Position numbers and translations under genes: made by a program | The notes under the pieces: model-generated | Databases searched by the model: none | What the model was told of the DNA's origin: nothing | The model's input: the letters and a program-made list of their open reading frames with translations, nothing else | Shown here: positions 1 through 11,200 of the stretch, piece by piece | How positions within the stretch are numbered: position 1 is the first letter of the stretch | Layout: each line of letters begins with the position of its first letter | Assembly: GCA_002715725.1 (NCBI GenBank) | Contig: PAZU01000006.1 | Location: 1-50,806, forward strand | Origin: Methanobacteriota archaeon | GTDB lineage: Archaea > Thermoplasmatota > Poseidoniia > Poseidoniales > Poseidoniaceae | DNA: 50,806 bases | Direction: 5' to 3'

Positions 1-70
1 CTAGTCTGTCGACAAGTTTCCCCTTTCCTTCATCTCCCCACTGGGCGCCGAGTACAATTGTGGCTGGCAT
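1..70 (-). CDS. purA: Adenylosuccinate synthetase, N-terminal part (gene runs off the left edge; not in the ORF track)
   Basis: Manual translation from ATG at 70 on the minus strand gives MPATIVLGAQWGDEGKGKLVDRL, containing the PurA P-loop signature QWGDEGKGK. Confidence 0.93.
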   Translation of the reverse strand, partial: MPATIVLGAQWGDEGKGKLVDRL

Positions 71-374
71 GCTTCTCAGACCAAGCGCATAGCATATAGT
101 GCATGAACTATGCGCAAGTGACAATTGCCGGTAAACAACCGCATTTTCTGAATTCTGTCCAGTTTTCTAACGATGTTAGGTAGTATATTGTCATCTAGTG
201 GAAAGAGGCCTTTGAAGCAAAAAAACCACGAGTTTAAATAGGTCGCAAGCGCATAACTATTGTTCCCGGGTGAAAAAGGTTCTGTGACTTGCAGTCTTCT
301 GCTGAGGCAGAGGGTCTGCCTGCGAAACAACTATAAACCCGTGGCCTAACTACATAACTCGGAGTTGAGAAGAG

Positions 375-1400
375 ATGACGCAAGATGAGACAGTCCGCCG
401 TGAAGCGGAGCAGAAGAAGAATATGCAGAGAGACAACATAGCCCGCAAGGGGCTAGGTTCAAGCCGCCCCCAACGTAGAGTTGTTGACGGACACACTAAG
501 CCTTGCGACGAGTGCGGAGTTGTAGATTGGATAAGCGACAACAGTCGCGGAGAAGTATCTTGTAGAGAATGCGGATTGGTCGTTGAGGAGAATGTGATTG
601 ACCCAGGTATCGACTGGACCAACCACGACAGCACTACAGACCGTTCCCGTATAGGTGCCCCTGCAACTCATACACTTGCTGATAAGGGCTTGAACACTTC
701 TATCTCAAATTCAGATTTGACCTCAAGTGCAGCTGGTAGATTAGGCATGTCTGCAAAAGCTCGTCGTGATTGGCGTCGTCGTAGAGTTATGGACGAGCGC
801 TCCAAGACTCGTGCAAGCCGTGCTCGCAATCTGGTAAAAGCGAACCAGATGGTTCGTGACAGATCTGGTCTTCCAAGGTCGATGCAAGAGGAAGTCTGCA
901 GGTTGTATAAACTTCTTTCACACCAGGGTTTTGTCACTGGCCGTTCTATTGCAGGAGTTACTGCTGCATGCACATATCTAGTAGCTCGTAAGGAAGGTGT
1001 ACCTCGTCAGATTCCGGAGATTGCAGAAACCTTCCAAGTCGATGAGAAGGAACTGTCACGTATGATTCGCCACATATCACGCAAGTTTAACATGCACAAA
1101 ATCTCCTGTCCATCAGATTACTTTAGTCGCTTTATCAGCGACCTAAAGTTGCCTCCGAACACTTCTCTACAGGTCGAGCACTTGTGGAATATTCTCAAGC
1201 CACATGTCGACATATGGCAAGGCAAGAAGCCAATGGGAGTGGCAGCCGCATTAATCTACAAAGCAGCTGCTGAGAACGGACACAAGAGAACTCAGGCCGA
1301 AATTTGCGCAGTTGCAAAGGTTTCAGAGGTTACTCTTCGTCAACTTAACCGTATTATCGCAGGCCTATTCAAGAGTCTAGGCGTAGCTGATAAGAATTGA
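375..1400 (+). CDS. tfb: Transcription initiation factor IIB (TFB) family protein, divergent paralog
   Basis: Zn ribbon CDEC...CRECGLVVEENVID; B-reader-like IDPGIDW...RSRIGAP; two cyclin repeats (GRSIAGVTAACTY, GKKPMGVAAALIY); C-terminal HTH RTQAEI...SEVTLR. Confidence 0.9.
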   Translation: MTQDETVRREAEQKKNMQRDNIARKGLGSSRPQRRVVDGHTKPCDECGVVDWISDNSRGEVSCRECGLVVEENVIDPGIDWTNHDSTTDRSRIGAPATHTLADKGLNTSISNSDLTSSAAGRLGMSAKARRDWRRRRVMDERSKTRASRARNLVKANQMVRDRSGLPRSMQEEVCRLYKLLSHQGFVTGRSIAGVTAACTYLVARKEGVPRQIPEIAETFQVDEKELSRMIRHISRKFNMHKISCPSDYFSRFISDLKLPPNTSLQVEHLWNILKPHVDIWQGKKPMGVAAALIYKAAAENGHKRTQAEICAVAKVSEVTLRQLNRIIAGLFKSLGVADKN

Positions 1401-1430
1401 AGATATATTCATTTGTCGAGTATTCTTGCA

Positions 1431-1727
1431 ATGTATATGAGCCGCCGAACGAGCAGTGTCCAGCGCAAAGTCAGGATTCCTTCTGGCAAGTCCAAGAAGT
1501 CTAACGCTAAGAAAGAAGTCAAACCCGGAGAGATACCTTGTGGTATTGCGGATTGCGCTGATTTCGCTGACAAACACATGGGTGGACGTTCTCTAAGTCA
1601 AGAGAATGCAATCGATACTTGGGGCGAAGGAGCATTCACTGTTCGCAAAAACCGAGTTCGAGTATGCAAACCATGTTACAAGATTTGGAAGAAAGACAAC
1701 AAGGATGACATGAACTCTCATTATTGA
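1431..1727 (+). CDS. Small basic hypothetical protein with a putative Zn-binding motif
   Basis: Lys/Arg-rich N-terminus; CGIADC...H...CKPC. ATG at 1431 or 1437, directly downstream of tfb. Confidence 0.65.
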   Translation: MYMSRRTSSVQRKVRIPSGKSKKSNAKKEVKPGEIPCGIADCADFADKHMGGRSLSQENAIDTWGEGAFTVRKNRVRVCKPCYKIWKKDNKDDMNSHY

Positions 1728-1752
1728 TCACTTTCACTTTCACTCACACTCT

Positions 1753-2292
1753 GTGGGAAATGAAAGTAGACCTCCGGCAGTGAATTCAGTTGTCATGAGA
1801 CAATTGAGAACAGTAATCCGCTCGATGATAACCGCAGGTGGTAGCGTCGTAGCAATGGACGATGCAACGATAGTTTGGAAACCTAAGAATGATAGACAAA
1901 GGCGTGTAAAAATTGCAGCGCCCGCTAGTGTATTGCTTGGCTTAATCGGCCCTAATGGGATGGTAGACCGAGTTGTTGCTGGAGATGTGTGTGGAGGGGT
2001 GAACTTGATTTCACTCGACACGATGGAAGTAATAGACAGATTTGTCGTTGGAAACACCAAGATTAGATCTTTGTGCGCATCATCGATTAGTGGTGAGAGT
2101 ATATTGGTCGGCTGTGAGAACGGTTCTGTGTTCATGATTGGAACTAATGTTCCAAATCGTGTTTTGAACTTGTTTGATCTTGATGGACCTGCATCGGCCC
2201 TGAGGATAGTGGGCCAGGATTTGCATATACAGCAAGGTTGGGAAAGAAAAGTTGTAGCATGGACTGGCCAAAAATCAGTTCTTGTCGCTTAG
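1753..2292 (+). CDS. Hypothetical protein, beta-rich (partial WD40/propeller-like blades)
   Basis: 179-aa ORF filling the gap; repeats such as VVAGDVCGGVNLI and ILVGCENGSVFMI. Start may be ATG 1795. Confidence 0.55.
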   Translation: MGNESRPPAVNSVVMRQLRTVIRSMITAGGSVVAMDDATIVWKPKNDRQRRVKIAAPASVLLGLIGPNGMVDRVVAGDVCGGVNLISLDTMEVIDRFVVGNTKIRSLCASSISGESILVGCENGSVFMIGTNVPNRVLNLFDLDGPASALRIVGQDLHIQQGWERKVVAWTGQKSVLVA

Positions 2293-3060
2293 TTTTTCAT
2301 TTTCCTTCAACGGCCAAGGTGGCTCTGAAGTCAAGAAATATGCGGTCCTAGCAGGTCTTGGCCAGCTCCTCGGTACTTCTCCATCGTTATCTTGGCATTC
2401 TTCAAGGAAGTTGAGATGTTGATTGAGAACCTCATCTATACGCTGGGTTCCTTTGATTGTTGGGCCTCTGGCAGGAACAATGCTCTTTGGTGAAAGGTCG
2501 TGAATCGTCTTTAGAGAGGTTATGAGTTCAGGCAGGCTTCCACCTGGCATATCCCATCTGCATGGAGTGTCCGCTCTAGGTAAGACTGCACCCGTTACTA
2601 AAACGCCGCGTTGCTTTTCGAAGTAACCCATGCCATCACTGCAATGTCCGGGTAAAGATAATGCATGCAATTCTCCATCGCCCAAATCAAAAGTATCCCC
2701 TTGTGCGATTGATTCACACTTAGTACTCGGCATATCAGAATCATATCTGTTAGCCCAAGTTGAGTAAAAATCACCGGTTTCCAAAACTGAAACAGCATCG
2801 CTATGGATATGAATCGGAATGCCGCCAAATGATTCAGAGATATGTTTGGCAGCTCCTGAAAATGGATAACGGCGACTAGTCAGTAAGATTCGATTAAGTT
2901 GAATTCCTGCATTCTTGTTGTTCAGATGCCCTGTAATTCGCTCAACCTGTAGCATTTGGTACCATGTTGTACCTGAATCTACCAATACATTGCTCTCGCT
3001 TCCAGCGAATATGACCGCATTAGCGTCATGGTGTATTCCTGGTAATCTAATGATGCGCAC
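2275..3060 (-). CDS. Metallo-beta-lactamase-fold protein with a degenerate metal site
   Basis: [14 protein letters not shown] and PARGP motifs of the MBL fold; THxHxDH is replaced by TSRRYPFS. Confidence 0.75.
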   Translation of the reverse strand: MRIIRLPGIHHDANAVIFAGSESNVLVDSGTTWYQMLQVERITGHLNNKNAGIQLNRILLTSRRYPFSGAAKHISESFGGIPIHIHSDAVSVLETGDFYSTWANRYDSDMPSTKCESIAQGDTFDLGDGELHALSLPGHCSDGMGYFEKQRGVLVTGAVLPRADTPCRWDMPGGSLPELITSLKTIHDLSPKSIVPARGPTIKGTQRIDEVLNQHLNFLEECQDNDGEVPRSWPRPARTAYFLTSEPPWPLKENEKLSDKN

Positions 3061-3146
3061 AAATTACTCCACGAGGCTTTAGTGCTTCAAACATGGGTAT
3101 CTCGAATACGGTTTGGGTTAAATACAGGGAGTGGGTCGGCGGAATC

Positions 3147-3296
3147 ATGGCTAGATTCCCTGAAGCAGAGGCACGTTTGCTTCATGTGAAGATTTGCATG
3201 AAATGCAATGCTCGTAATGCAATGCGTGCAACATCCTGTCGCAAATGTGGATACAAGGGATTGCGTCCAAAGAATGTAGAGCGCAAGGGCGCTTGA
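3147..3296 (+). CDS. rpl40e: 50S ribosomal protein L40e
   Basis: [42 protein letters not shown] matches the archaeal L40e Zn-finger; likely start is ATG 3147. Confidence 0.95.
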   Translation: MARFPEAEARLLHVKICMKCNARNAMRATSCRKCGYKGLRPKNVERKGA

Positions 3297-4280
3297 TCAC
3301 AAAACTCCTAGCAACGGCATGATATATGCCATAGGGCCTCCTACTAAGAATAGTGGAATTATTGCTGGCCATAGGAATACCAACAAGGGATATTTCCTAG
3401 TAACCCACACTTTTTCTACTCCATTTTCCTTTAGAATTGAAATTTCATCGGTTAATTTCTCTTTGCTTGGAGTCATTCTCGGCGCTCTGGTGCGATGAAC
3501 AATTTTCTTTTCTCCACTGGGCATTTCAGCAATAGATGATAGTAGCCATACATGGCTATTGATGACATCGTCTATGTCCATCTTTTCAGCGTGCCAAATC
3601 AATTTGAGCGTAGTATTTCCTTCTTTTAGGTTCTTTAGCACCATAATTATTGGTAAAATCAAGAATGCCAAACCTCCCCAGACAAGTAATGCTATTGCAG
3701 GTGGCATTGCAATCACGGCTTCTTCCATTACATCTGGATAAAATATTGGGATGCTTGACCAAGAAGGGACTAAAATCGCCACCCACATCAATCCTTTACA
3801 ATCAGCCCCACCGTGAATTAATCGCATTCTCCAAGCCATATCTACTAAGAAAATGGGAATGAAAACCGCAAATGTCGACCACCAAAGAGTTGCTTCTTCA
3901 CTACCATCTCCTGACAAAATAGACAGAATTGATTCATCTGAGTGCAACAGTAATCCCTGTACCACTCCGGAGATTCCGATTAGATACCACAGGCTTACTG
4001 CTAGGTCAAGCCGATTTCCGGAGCGGATGTCTGCCAGGGACGGTCTACCAATTACTGCTACAGAAGCATATGCTACCATTCCAGCTGCAGTGGCAAAAAC
4101 ATACCATTGCGCCTCTGAGTTTAACAGGTCTAGAACCCACAAGAATATCGCAGGCTTAGCCCAAGTTATCCAGAATTCATTTGGTACTCTTCGCTCTTTG
4201 TGGTCCAGCCATGCAGCAATTCCGAGTGCCCAAAACAAGACAATTAGGCGAGTCCAGGATATGACTTCCCCCGAATCCAT
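3297..4280 (-). CDS. flaK: Prepilin/prearchaellin peptidase, family A24 (FlaK/PibD-like)
   Basis: Multi-pass membrane protein with both aspartate motifs (WLDHKERRVPN, GGADCK) and an archaeal C-terminal VWVTRKYPLLVFL motif. Confidence 0.8.
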   Translation of the reverse strand: MDSGEVISWTRLIVLFWALGIAAWLDHKERRVPNEFWITWAKPAIFLWVLDLLNSEAQWYVFATAAGMVAYASVAVIGRPSLADIRSGNRLDLAVSLWYLIGISGVVQGLLLHSDESILSILSGDGSEEATLWWSTFAVFIPIFLVDMAWRMRLIHGGADCKGLMWVAILVPSWSSIPIFYPDVMEEAVIAMPPAIALLVWGGLAFLILPIIMVLKNLKEGNTTLKLIWHAEKMDIDDVINSHVWLLSSIAEMPSGEKKIVHRTRAPRMTPSKEKLTDEISILKENGVEKVWVTRKYPLLVFLWPAIIPLFLVGGPMAYIMPLLGVL

Positions 4281-4359
4281 GTAACTCGGGTGGCGGCAAT
4301 CACCTTAAAGGAGACACTCTTGAGAGAAGCGTGCGCGAGACTTTGTGCAGGTGTAAGTT

Positions 4360-4629
4360 ATGTCCGACATTGAAACTAAGTTGGTGCAAATTGCCACAGT
4401 GATTAACCAGATTGACGATCCTAAAGTTCCAAGGAATATTCGTAAAAGTGCTAAAGATGCATGCGAACAGTGGTTGTTGAATAAATCTAAAGAAATGGAT
4501 ATTCGAATTGCAATTACGCAAGCTAAATTGGAAGAATTGTATGAAGATCCAAATATTCCTCCAGAGTTCGGTACTCTCATACTAATGATAAACACCGAGT
4601 TGGAAAAGTTGCTTAGAGAAACGCTCTAA
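4360..4629 (+). CDS. UPF0147 family archaeal protein
   Basis: DDPKVPRNIRKSA and EDPNIP motifs; 89 aa. Confidence 0.8.
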   Translation: MSDIETKLVQIATVINQIDDPKVPRNIRKSAKDACEQWLLNKSKEMDIRIAITQAKLEELYEDPNIPPEFGTLILMINTELEKLLRETL

Positions 4630-6051
4630 TCATTCTTCTTCGGATTCATCTTCTAATTTATCGATGAGATCTTCCAGTTGTGAGCGCAGATTTTTTGGAA
4701 CCTTTCCAGGGGATAAATTCTCTCTAAGTTCAGTGAAATCATCTCGTCCTTCCAATGCATCGATTATGAACTCGATTTCATCAGCACGGGCTCTTCCTCT
4801 TTTCAGGATTGTTTGAGCAGCAGACCTACATGAAATCCTTACTACTTCTTCATCTGAAACTCCTAATGACCTTTGCAATTCGGATAGTTTGTGGAATTCG
4901 CCTGAAGATAAGTATCCATCTTTTAGTGCATCTTGCCATGCTTCTTCCAATGTTGGTGCTCTTTCAGAAAGCAATATTGCAATTGGGCGAGTTTCTTCGA
5001 TGTTCTCTAAGACAATCTTCACAATTGCGAACAGAGGAACTGCTAAAATCATCCCAGTAATACCCCATAGCCAAAATGAGAATGCTGTAATCAACAACAA
5101 AATCACTGGAGACAAATCCAGTGCTCTTCCTGCCCACTTCGTTTCGATATAGTTCCCCCATACCTGTTGATTTATCAGCAGCAATAATGTCATAATCAGC
5201 AACATAGTTGGTGTTAGCAAAATAACTCCGAGAATCAAAGGAGGAATAGTAGCAATTAGGGATCCTATGTATGGGACATAATTCAAAATGAATGTCATAA
5301 CTGCCCACACAAACCACAAATCGATGCCAAACATTAGCATGATGATTGCTGCAATGAATGCACTACCTATACCACATCCAGTTTTTACAATGATGTAGGT
5401 ATTGATTCCCTCTTCAATTTGGGTTTGGATAATTTCAACTCGCCCAGTTGAACTTCCCGGCCAAGCCCTCTCGATTCTTCCTGGTAACAAATGTGCTTCG
5501 AAAATGATGAAGATTAGGAAGAAAAGTACAGTTATACTGGTTGTAACAAATGCACCAACTTCACTTACTACAGAAGCAACGAGGTCGGTGGCAGAACCTC
5601 CTGAACCGATTCCTATACTCTCCAAATCACCTTCCACGGTTCCACTGTCTCCTTTTACAGATTCAGTGATAGCTGGCCCGATAAGGGGAACATTCTTCAG
5701 ATTCGTCCATTTTTTGTTGAGTTTGTCATTATACTCATCTTGCCTGTCTTCATCTTCTATAAGTCCTTGAGCCTGTGACCATGCAAAGAATGCAGTTGAA
5801 ATTAGAATTAATATGAATAACAATAGCATTGTTAGATATGACAGAAATACTGGAAAATTATTCTTGGATAACCAGTCAGCACCAGGTTTTAGGACGAAGT
5901 AAATTCCTAGAGCAATGAAGAATGGTTTGAGTACAGATTCTAGATGAATCATCGCTAGACAGAATACTGTAAGAATGATTGCTGAATGCGAAAACGTAGC
6001 AATTCTTCTGTGAAAAGACGAATTGTTAGTGTCGATTGTACTCTCTCCCAT
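4630..6051 (-). CDS. AI-2E (PerM) family transporter with a C-terminal soluble extension
   Basis: Hydrophobic helices with LNYVPYIGS, GNYIETKWAGRALDLSP and WGITGMILAVPL motifs. ATG 6051 preferred to TTG 6063. Confidence 0.85.
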   Translation of the reverse strand: MGESTIDTNNSSFHRRIATFSHSAIILTVFCLAMIHLESVLKPFFIALGIYFVLKPGADWLSKNNFPVFLSYLTMLLLFILILISTAFFAWSQAQGLIEDEDRQDEYNDKLNKKWTNLKNVPLIGPAITESVKGDSGTVEGDLESIGIGSGGSATDLVASVVSEVGAFVTTSITVLFFLIFIIFEAHLLPGRIERAWPGSSTGRVEIIQTQIEEGINTYIIVKTGCGIGSAFIAAIIMLMFGIDLWFVWAVMTFILNYVPYIGSLIATIPPLILGVILLTPTMLLIMTLLLLINQQVWGNYIETKWAGRALDLSPVILLLITAFSFWLWGITGMILAVPLFAIVKIVLENIEETRPIAILLSERAPTLEEAWQDALKDGYLSSGEFHKLSELQRSLGVSDEEVVRISCRSAAQTILKRGRARADEIEFIIDALEGRDDFTELRENLSPGKVPKNLRSQLEDLIDKLEDESEEE

Positions 6052-6122
6052 ATTTTGGGACAAAAATTTCCAATACTTGAGTTATTCACCTAAATCAGTA
6101 GATTCGACTGAGTTCAGGAACA

Positions 6123-8174
6123 TCATGAGACCTGACTGTTGGGTGCAACATCTGGAGTTAATCTGTCGATGACAGCAGACAAGCGCTCAACTAGACTAGT
6201 CTTCATATCTCCAATTAGTAATGCGTGTTCCATAACTTCGTCTAATGTATCTACGGCAATTACCTCAATGTCCTCAAACTGCTTGTCTAGCAGAACATCT
6301 TGAGCATTGGCACGAGGGATGATTACAGTCTTAATTCCAGACTTAGCAGCAGATTCAATCTTGGCTGTAACTCCACCAATCGGTAGTACTTCGCCGCGCA
6401 CTGACAGGCTTCCAGTCATTGCTAAGTCTTGTCGAATTGGAATATTTTCTAAGGCTGAAATGATCGCTGTTGCAATAGTAATCGATGCGGAGTCGCCGTC
6501 AACACCATGGGTGTCTACGAATTGAATATGAATATCATAATCCGAAACATCCTTGCCGGTTAATTTCTTGATTACCGCACTGACATTTGTTACACTTTCT
6601 TTAGCTAGGTCTGAGAGTCCACCGGTTGCGTAAACTTTCCCGCCACTGGATAATGAAGGGGTTACTAGAGCCTCGACAGGTAGCATTATTCCGCTGTAAT
6701 CTGATAATCCCGAATCTGCACCTAGTACTGCTAATCCATTGACACGACCAATTCTGTTACCAGAATTGACAACTAGAGAGTATTCTTGACGTCTCTCAAT
6801 CATTCTGTCTGCAACTTGTTGCTCCAATGGTTTTGCAATATTTCTTGCTGCAAGCACATGACGGGATGTAGTGTATTGAGCGCCTTCCTCGCAAGCTAGG
6901 TCGCCTGCAATTCTAACCAATCCGCCCAATTCACGTAGCCTCAGAGAAAGTTTGCCACGTCGGCCTGCACGGCGTTGTGCTTCTCTAAGAATAACAGAAA
7001 CTCCGGTTCTATCAAAGTGAGGAATCTCTCTAGAAGTACCCAAATCTCTCTGTACTTCTTGGGCAATAAATCGAATTAGACGTCTGCGATTTGTAGTTGT
7101 ATCTGGCATGTTTGAATTGACATAAACTTCGTATCCATAACCCCGAATACGGCTTCTTAGAGCAGGATGCATTCCTTGGATTGCATCTAGATTTCCTGCA
7201 GCGATTAAGATAAAGTCACATGGAACTGCTTCGGTTTTGGTCAATGCACCGCTTGAGCGCTCAGAACGGCCAGATATTGGGAAAGCACGCTCTTGCATTG
7301 CTGTCAGCAATGCCTGCTGCTCTTCTAGCCTGAGTAGGTTAATCTCGTCGATGTATAGAACGCCACCATGAGCACGGTGGATTGCACCAGGCTCTACTCT
7401 TTCGTGAGCAGGAGTCTCCATGCCACCACTTTGGAAAGGGTCGTGTCTTACATCACCTAGTAAACTTCCAGACAGTGTACCGGTAGCATCCACGAATGGA
7501 GGGGGGTCTTGTCCTTGATGCTTCACTAACACCTTAGGAATACGTGCTTCATCTGCTCCACCCATGCGTGATCTAAGGAACATGTAACCAAACATTAGTA
7601 GCAACATTCCGAATAGCAGAGTAAGAATGTCTCCACTTTGTAAAGCAACTACTGCTAGTAAGAAAGCAATAGCGACAAATCCAATCATCAACATTTTCTG
7701 ACTCTTTTCACGTTGAATCTTTACGGCCTCTTTCTGACTTTTGACGATTCTATCGCCACGTCCTGCAGGTACTGTACGGACTCTAGGTTCATTTTCGTCA
7801 TCATCATTCGGATAACAGAGAATATCTTCCAACTTATCCTGAGGGAGAAGTTCTGTCATTGACCTAGCAAGCATTGATTTGCCTGTTCCAGGATCTCCAA
7901 TCATCATCATGTGCCTGCGTTGCTCTGCAGCCTTACGAATAACGATTGAACCAGCATCTTGTCCTATTACTTGATCTACCAATCTCTCAGGGATTGGTAC
8001 TTCTTCAGTAGTGGTGAAATCTATGCTACGAACCCATTCGTCAACAGGAGTAGAGTTCAACTCGATGTTTTCGGAAGATTCTGGACTCCAAATAGTAACC
8101 ATTGCTTCCTCTTCCTCTGGAGAATTTTCTTCCTCCTGAGTCTCGGAAATTTCGGTTATTTCCTCTTCGGTCAC
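6123..8174 (-). CDS. lonB: Archaeal membrane-anchored ATP-dependent Lon protease (LonB)
   Basis: DQVIGQ; Walker A GDPGTGKS; two TM helices in the AAA+ domain; Walker B LYIDEI; Ser-Lys dyad DGDSAS...GGVTAK. GTG at 8174 follows an AGGAGGA SD (ORF-track start 8198). Confidence 0.95.
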   Translation of the reverse strand: MTEEEITEISETQEEENSPEEEEAMVTIWSPESSENIELNSTPVDEWVRSIDFTTTEEVPIPERLVDQVIGQDAGSIVIRKAAEQRRHMMMIGDPGTGKSMLARSMTELLPQDKLEDILCYPNDDDENEPRVRTVPAGRGDRIVKSQKEAVKIQREKSQKMLMIGFVAIAFLLAVVALQSGDILTLLFGMLLLMFGYMFLRSRMGGADEARIPKVLVKHQGQDPPPFVDATGTLSGSLLGDVRHDPFQSGGMETPAHERVEPGAIHRAHGGVLYIDEINLLRLEEQQALLTAMQERAFPISGRSERSSGALTKTEAVPCDFILIAAGNLDAIQGMHPALRSRIRGYGYEVYVNSNMPDTTTNRRRLIRFIAQEVQRDLGTSREIPHFDRTGVSVILREAQRRAGRRGKLSLRLRELGGLVRIAGDLACEEGAQYTTSRHVLAARNIAKPLEQQVADRMIERRQEYSLVVNSGNRIGRVNGLAVLGADSGLSDYSGIMLPVEALVTPSLSSGGKVYATGGLSDLAKESVTNVSAVIKKLTGKDVSDYDIHIQFVDTHGVDGDSASITIATAIISALENIPIRQDLAMTGSLSVRGEVLPIGGVTAKIESAAKSGIKTVIIPRANAQDVLLDKQFEDIEVIAVDTLDEVMEHALLIGDMKTSLVERLSAVIDRLTPDVAPNSQVS

Positions 8175-8249
8175 AGTTACTCCTCCTACACAGTCCATTT
8201 TAGCCGTTTGGCAAACGCCATAGAGCCTAATTCGGACTTATTTAATCAC

Positions 8250-11200
8250 TCACTGTTGGTATTGGTGCCCGTAATAAGCCCACTGCTCCATAGTCCAACC
8301 TGCTGGTAGACCGCCTGGTGGTAGAGGAGGTGCGCCTGGTGGAACCTGAGCAACTGCCGGAGCAGGTGCTGCGACAGGCTGCTGGAAGATTTCTTGTGCC
8401 CCTCCATACATTGAGTTTGCAACAGCATCATTGGCCGGTAGTTCATTGGCCCAATCTACCATCTTTTCAGGAGCGCTTCCATTTCCTCCACGCATGAACA
8501 TTAGTCCTGCTAGCAGAGCAGCGATAATTACTCCAACTACGATTAAGATAACAGTTAGGTCAAGTCCACTTTCGCTAGCAGCTCCGTCGCTGTTGCCTGA
8601 GTTTTGTTCTACGCATGTTGTGTATTCGCATGCTTCTGCAAGGTCTGCTTCTAGTTCACTCAGTTCTGCAACTGCATCGCTGTGTTCGGTTGAACCTTCA
8701 TCCAGTCCTTCGATTTCAGTCTTCTTTGCTGCGATTGAATCTTCTAACTCAGCGACTAATTCTTTGACTTCATCTTCAGTCATTGAATCTGGTCCCGGTG
8801 CAGCATCGACAGCAGTCCAAATTAGAACAGGATCCTTGTATTCGAACTTGTCACCGTTGGATGCAATTGCAGTAATCTTAGTCAGTTTGACGTACCATTG
8901 TGAACCCATTCCTTGGTCAAGCTGTCCTTTAGATGGGTCGAATGTCCAACCAAGGCTCTTCATGGTAATGTCGTGCTCGTGCACTTCGTTAATCATGCAG
9001 ACTTCTATGTTACAGATTTGCCAAGTACTGGTTAGTGAAGTTACAGTAACATCATTCTTGTTTAGGAACATGGTGGATTCTGGAACTTCTCCGATGTAAA
9101 CATTAGATACATCAACTCGCACATCTGCGTCAGGTCCTTGTCCAACAAGCAGAGGCATGCTGTCGTAAACATCTACAACCAGAGTGTAGATGTTAGAATC
9201 GTAGCGGTCTTCTGCTTGGATTGTAACTGTCTGCAAACCTGCAGTGTCCCAAATCATTGTCAGAGTGTTGTCTAAGAAGTTCACACGTGCAGCACCAGGA
9301 GTTGGGTTACTCGCTGTAACTGTAACTTCGTTCACGTTGCCATCAACATCTGTCAGAATCTCGTTCAAGAAGATGACCTTCTGTGTTCCAACCTTCAATC
9401 TAAGGTTCTCAAATTCTGAAAGGTCTAGGCGAGGTGCATCGTTAACTGGGGTAATGGCGATTGTAATCAATTGGTCTGAGTACTGTTCACCGTCGCTAGC
9501 ACGAACTGTGATTGTTGTCTCACCGTTGATGTCTTCATCGCTAGTTGCGAAGTTTAGGGTGAATTCATTCATGGAAATGTCTAGAAGCTCAGGGTTTGTG
9601 TTTTCAACAATCGCCAACATCAAGTTTTCAGAAGAAACAATGTTACCATTGTTGTCAGTGTCTGACAAGTATGGCAGCAAGTATAGTGACGATGTAGATG
9701 CTTCATCCACATACTGTTTCTCAACACCTGCCCATCGTGGCTGTCCATTTTCAATAACATTGAACAGAAGAGTTCCCACTGCAGTGTCTGTACCATCGTT
9801 CACTGAAATTTCAATTCCTGATGCTGTAGGTGCGCCATTGACGAAACGGATGTTTTCGAAGTACACTTCAATTTCTTCGGTAGCAGGATGCCATGCAACA
9901 AAGTTTGGACTGTTACTTGTGATTATCAATTGATCAAGTTGGGTTTCAGCATCTCCAATGTTGTCTATGACTGATACCTTGGTGGAAGTTTGGACCTTCA
10001 CTGTTGGAACAGGTTCTGCTGTGATGACAGGTAGAGCGTTCTTCAACTCAAATCCATTCTGAGTAACTAGCCAAGCGCTTGTTTGCATTCTAGAGTCGAT
10101 AGAACGAACACGGATGTCATAATCTCCCGCTCCCATGTTCATACTTGGCTTGACAAGATATTGTCGGTGCTCATTAGAAGTTCCTTCTTGGAATACCTGG
10201 TCTCCGCCCACTATCATATCGCCGCTCATCCACTGGTTCAAGCCAGCAGGAGATACCTCTACATCGAAAGTAAAGAAGGAGGTGTTGATGTCTACAGCGT
10301 CGTTGATAGTTGTCTTCGCTTCGATTAGGAAGTTATCTCCTCTCTCGATTTGAGTGTTACCAATAACTTGTGCCTTGCGTGCAACAGGAACTAAGTCATG
10401 AGGAGTGATTTCGGTACCTTCGTTGTTAGTTCCAGATTTATCAGCCACTAGGTTAGATAACTCAACTCCGAATGTAGTCTGGTAAGCGTTGCTTGGCAAT
10501 GATGAAGTATCAATCTGTCCCGAGAAGGTTTGAGTGTCACCATTGTTTGCAAAGTTGGATAGAGATTGAGTGGAGCCCACATAATTCTTCATGTTGTTTG
10601 CTTTGTAGAAGAATCTGACATCTCCTCCGTCGCTGTAAGCGTCTACGCCATTGTTGACCACTGTTGCTTCAACGCTGATTACATCGCCATTGATGTATCC
10701 GCCGTTAGGGGCGTTTGGATTCTCAGCAGTAAAAGATTGAATTCCAACATCGATTGTAGGAGCCATGTTAGAATCAGCGGCAGATAGCACGTTACGGTGA
10801 GATGTGTGGTCTCCGTCTAATAGTGCTGCAACAGTGAGGAAGTTGTCAGCTGAACTAATTCCGCTGACTGCTCTTGCGGTTGATGTTGGTACTGTCCAAG
10901 TTTTGGTCACTGGTGTACCTGCTGTTAATGTGAATGTTTCGAATCCACTACTTCCGCTGTTTAGTAGCCACTTTTTCCACAAATTTGGTGGGTGGTCTGA
11001 GCCACTGCCTGCTGTGTACGGTTCGTATCCCTTTTCTTCAGTTACTGCTGCGTAAAGGTATACGTTCTTTGAGCCCGTTCCACTGTATACAGCGGTGATT
11101 TCGATGTCCATGTTATTGCCGTTTTCGGATTGAATGACAGATAATGCGTAATCGTTTGCATTTTGCATGTTTCCACCATTTTGATAGTAACTGTCGTATG

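Noticed and set aside
76..330. 84-aa minus-strand ORF in the purA-tfb spacer
   Set aside because: No recognisable motif, atypical composition, and it occupies the expected divergent promoter region.
3297..4280. Archaellum or pilus locus around the A24 peptidase
   Set aside because: No pilin/archaellin, assembly ATPase or platform genes nearby; the peptidase stands alone.
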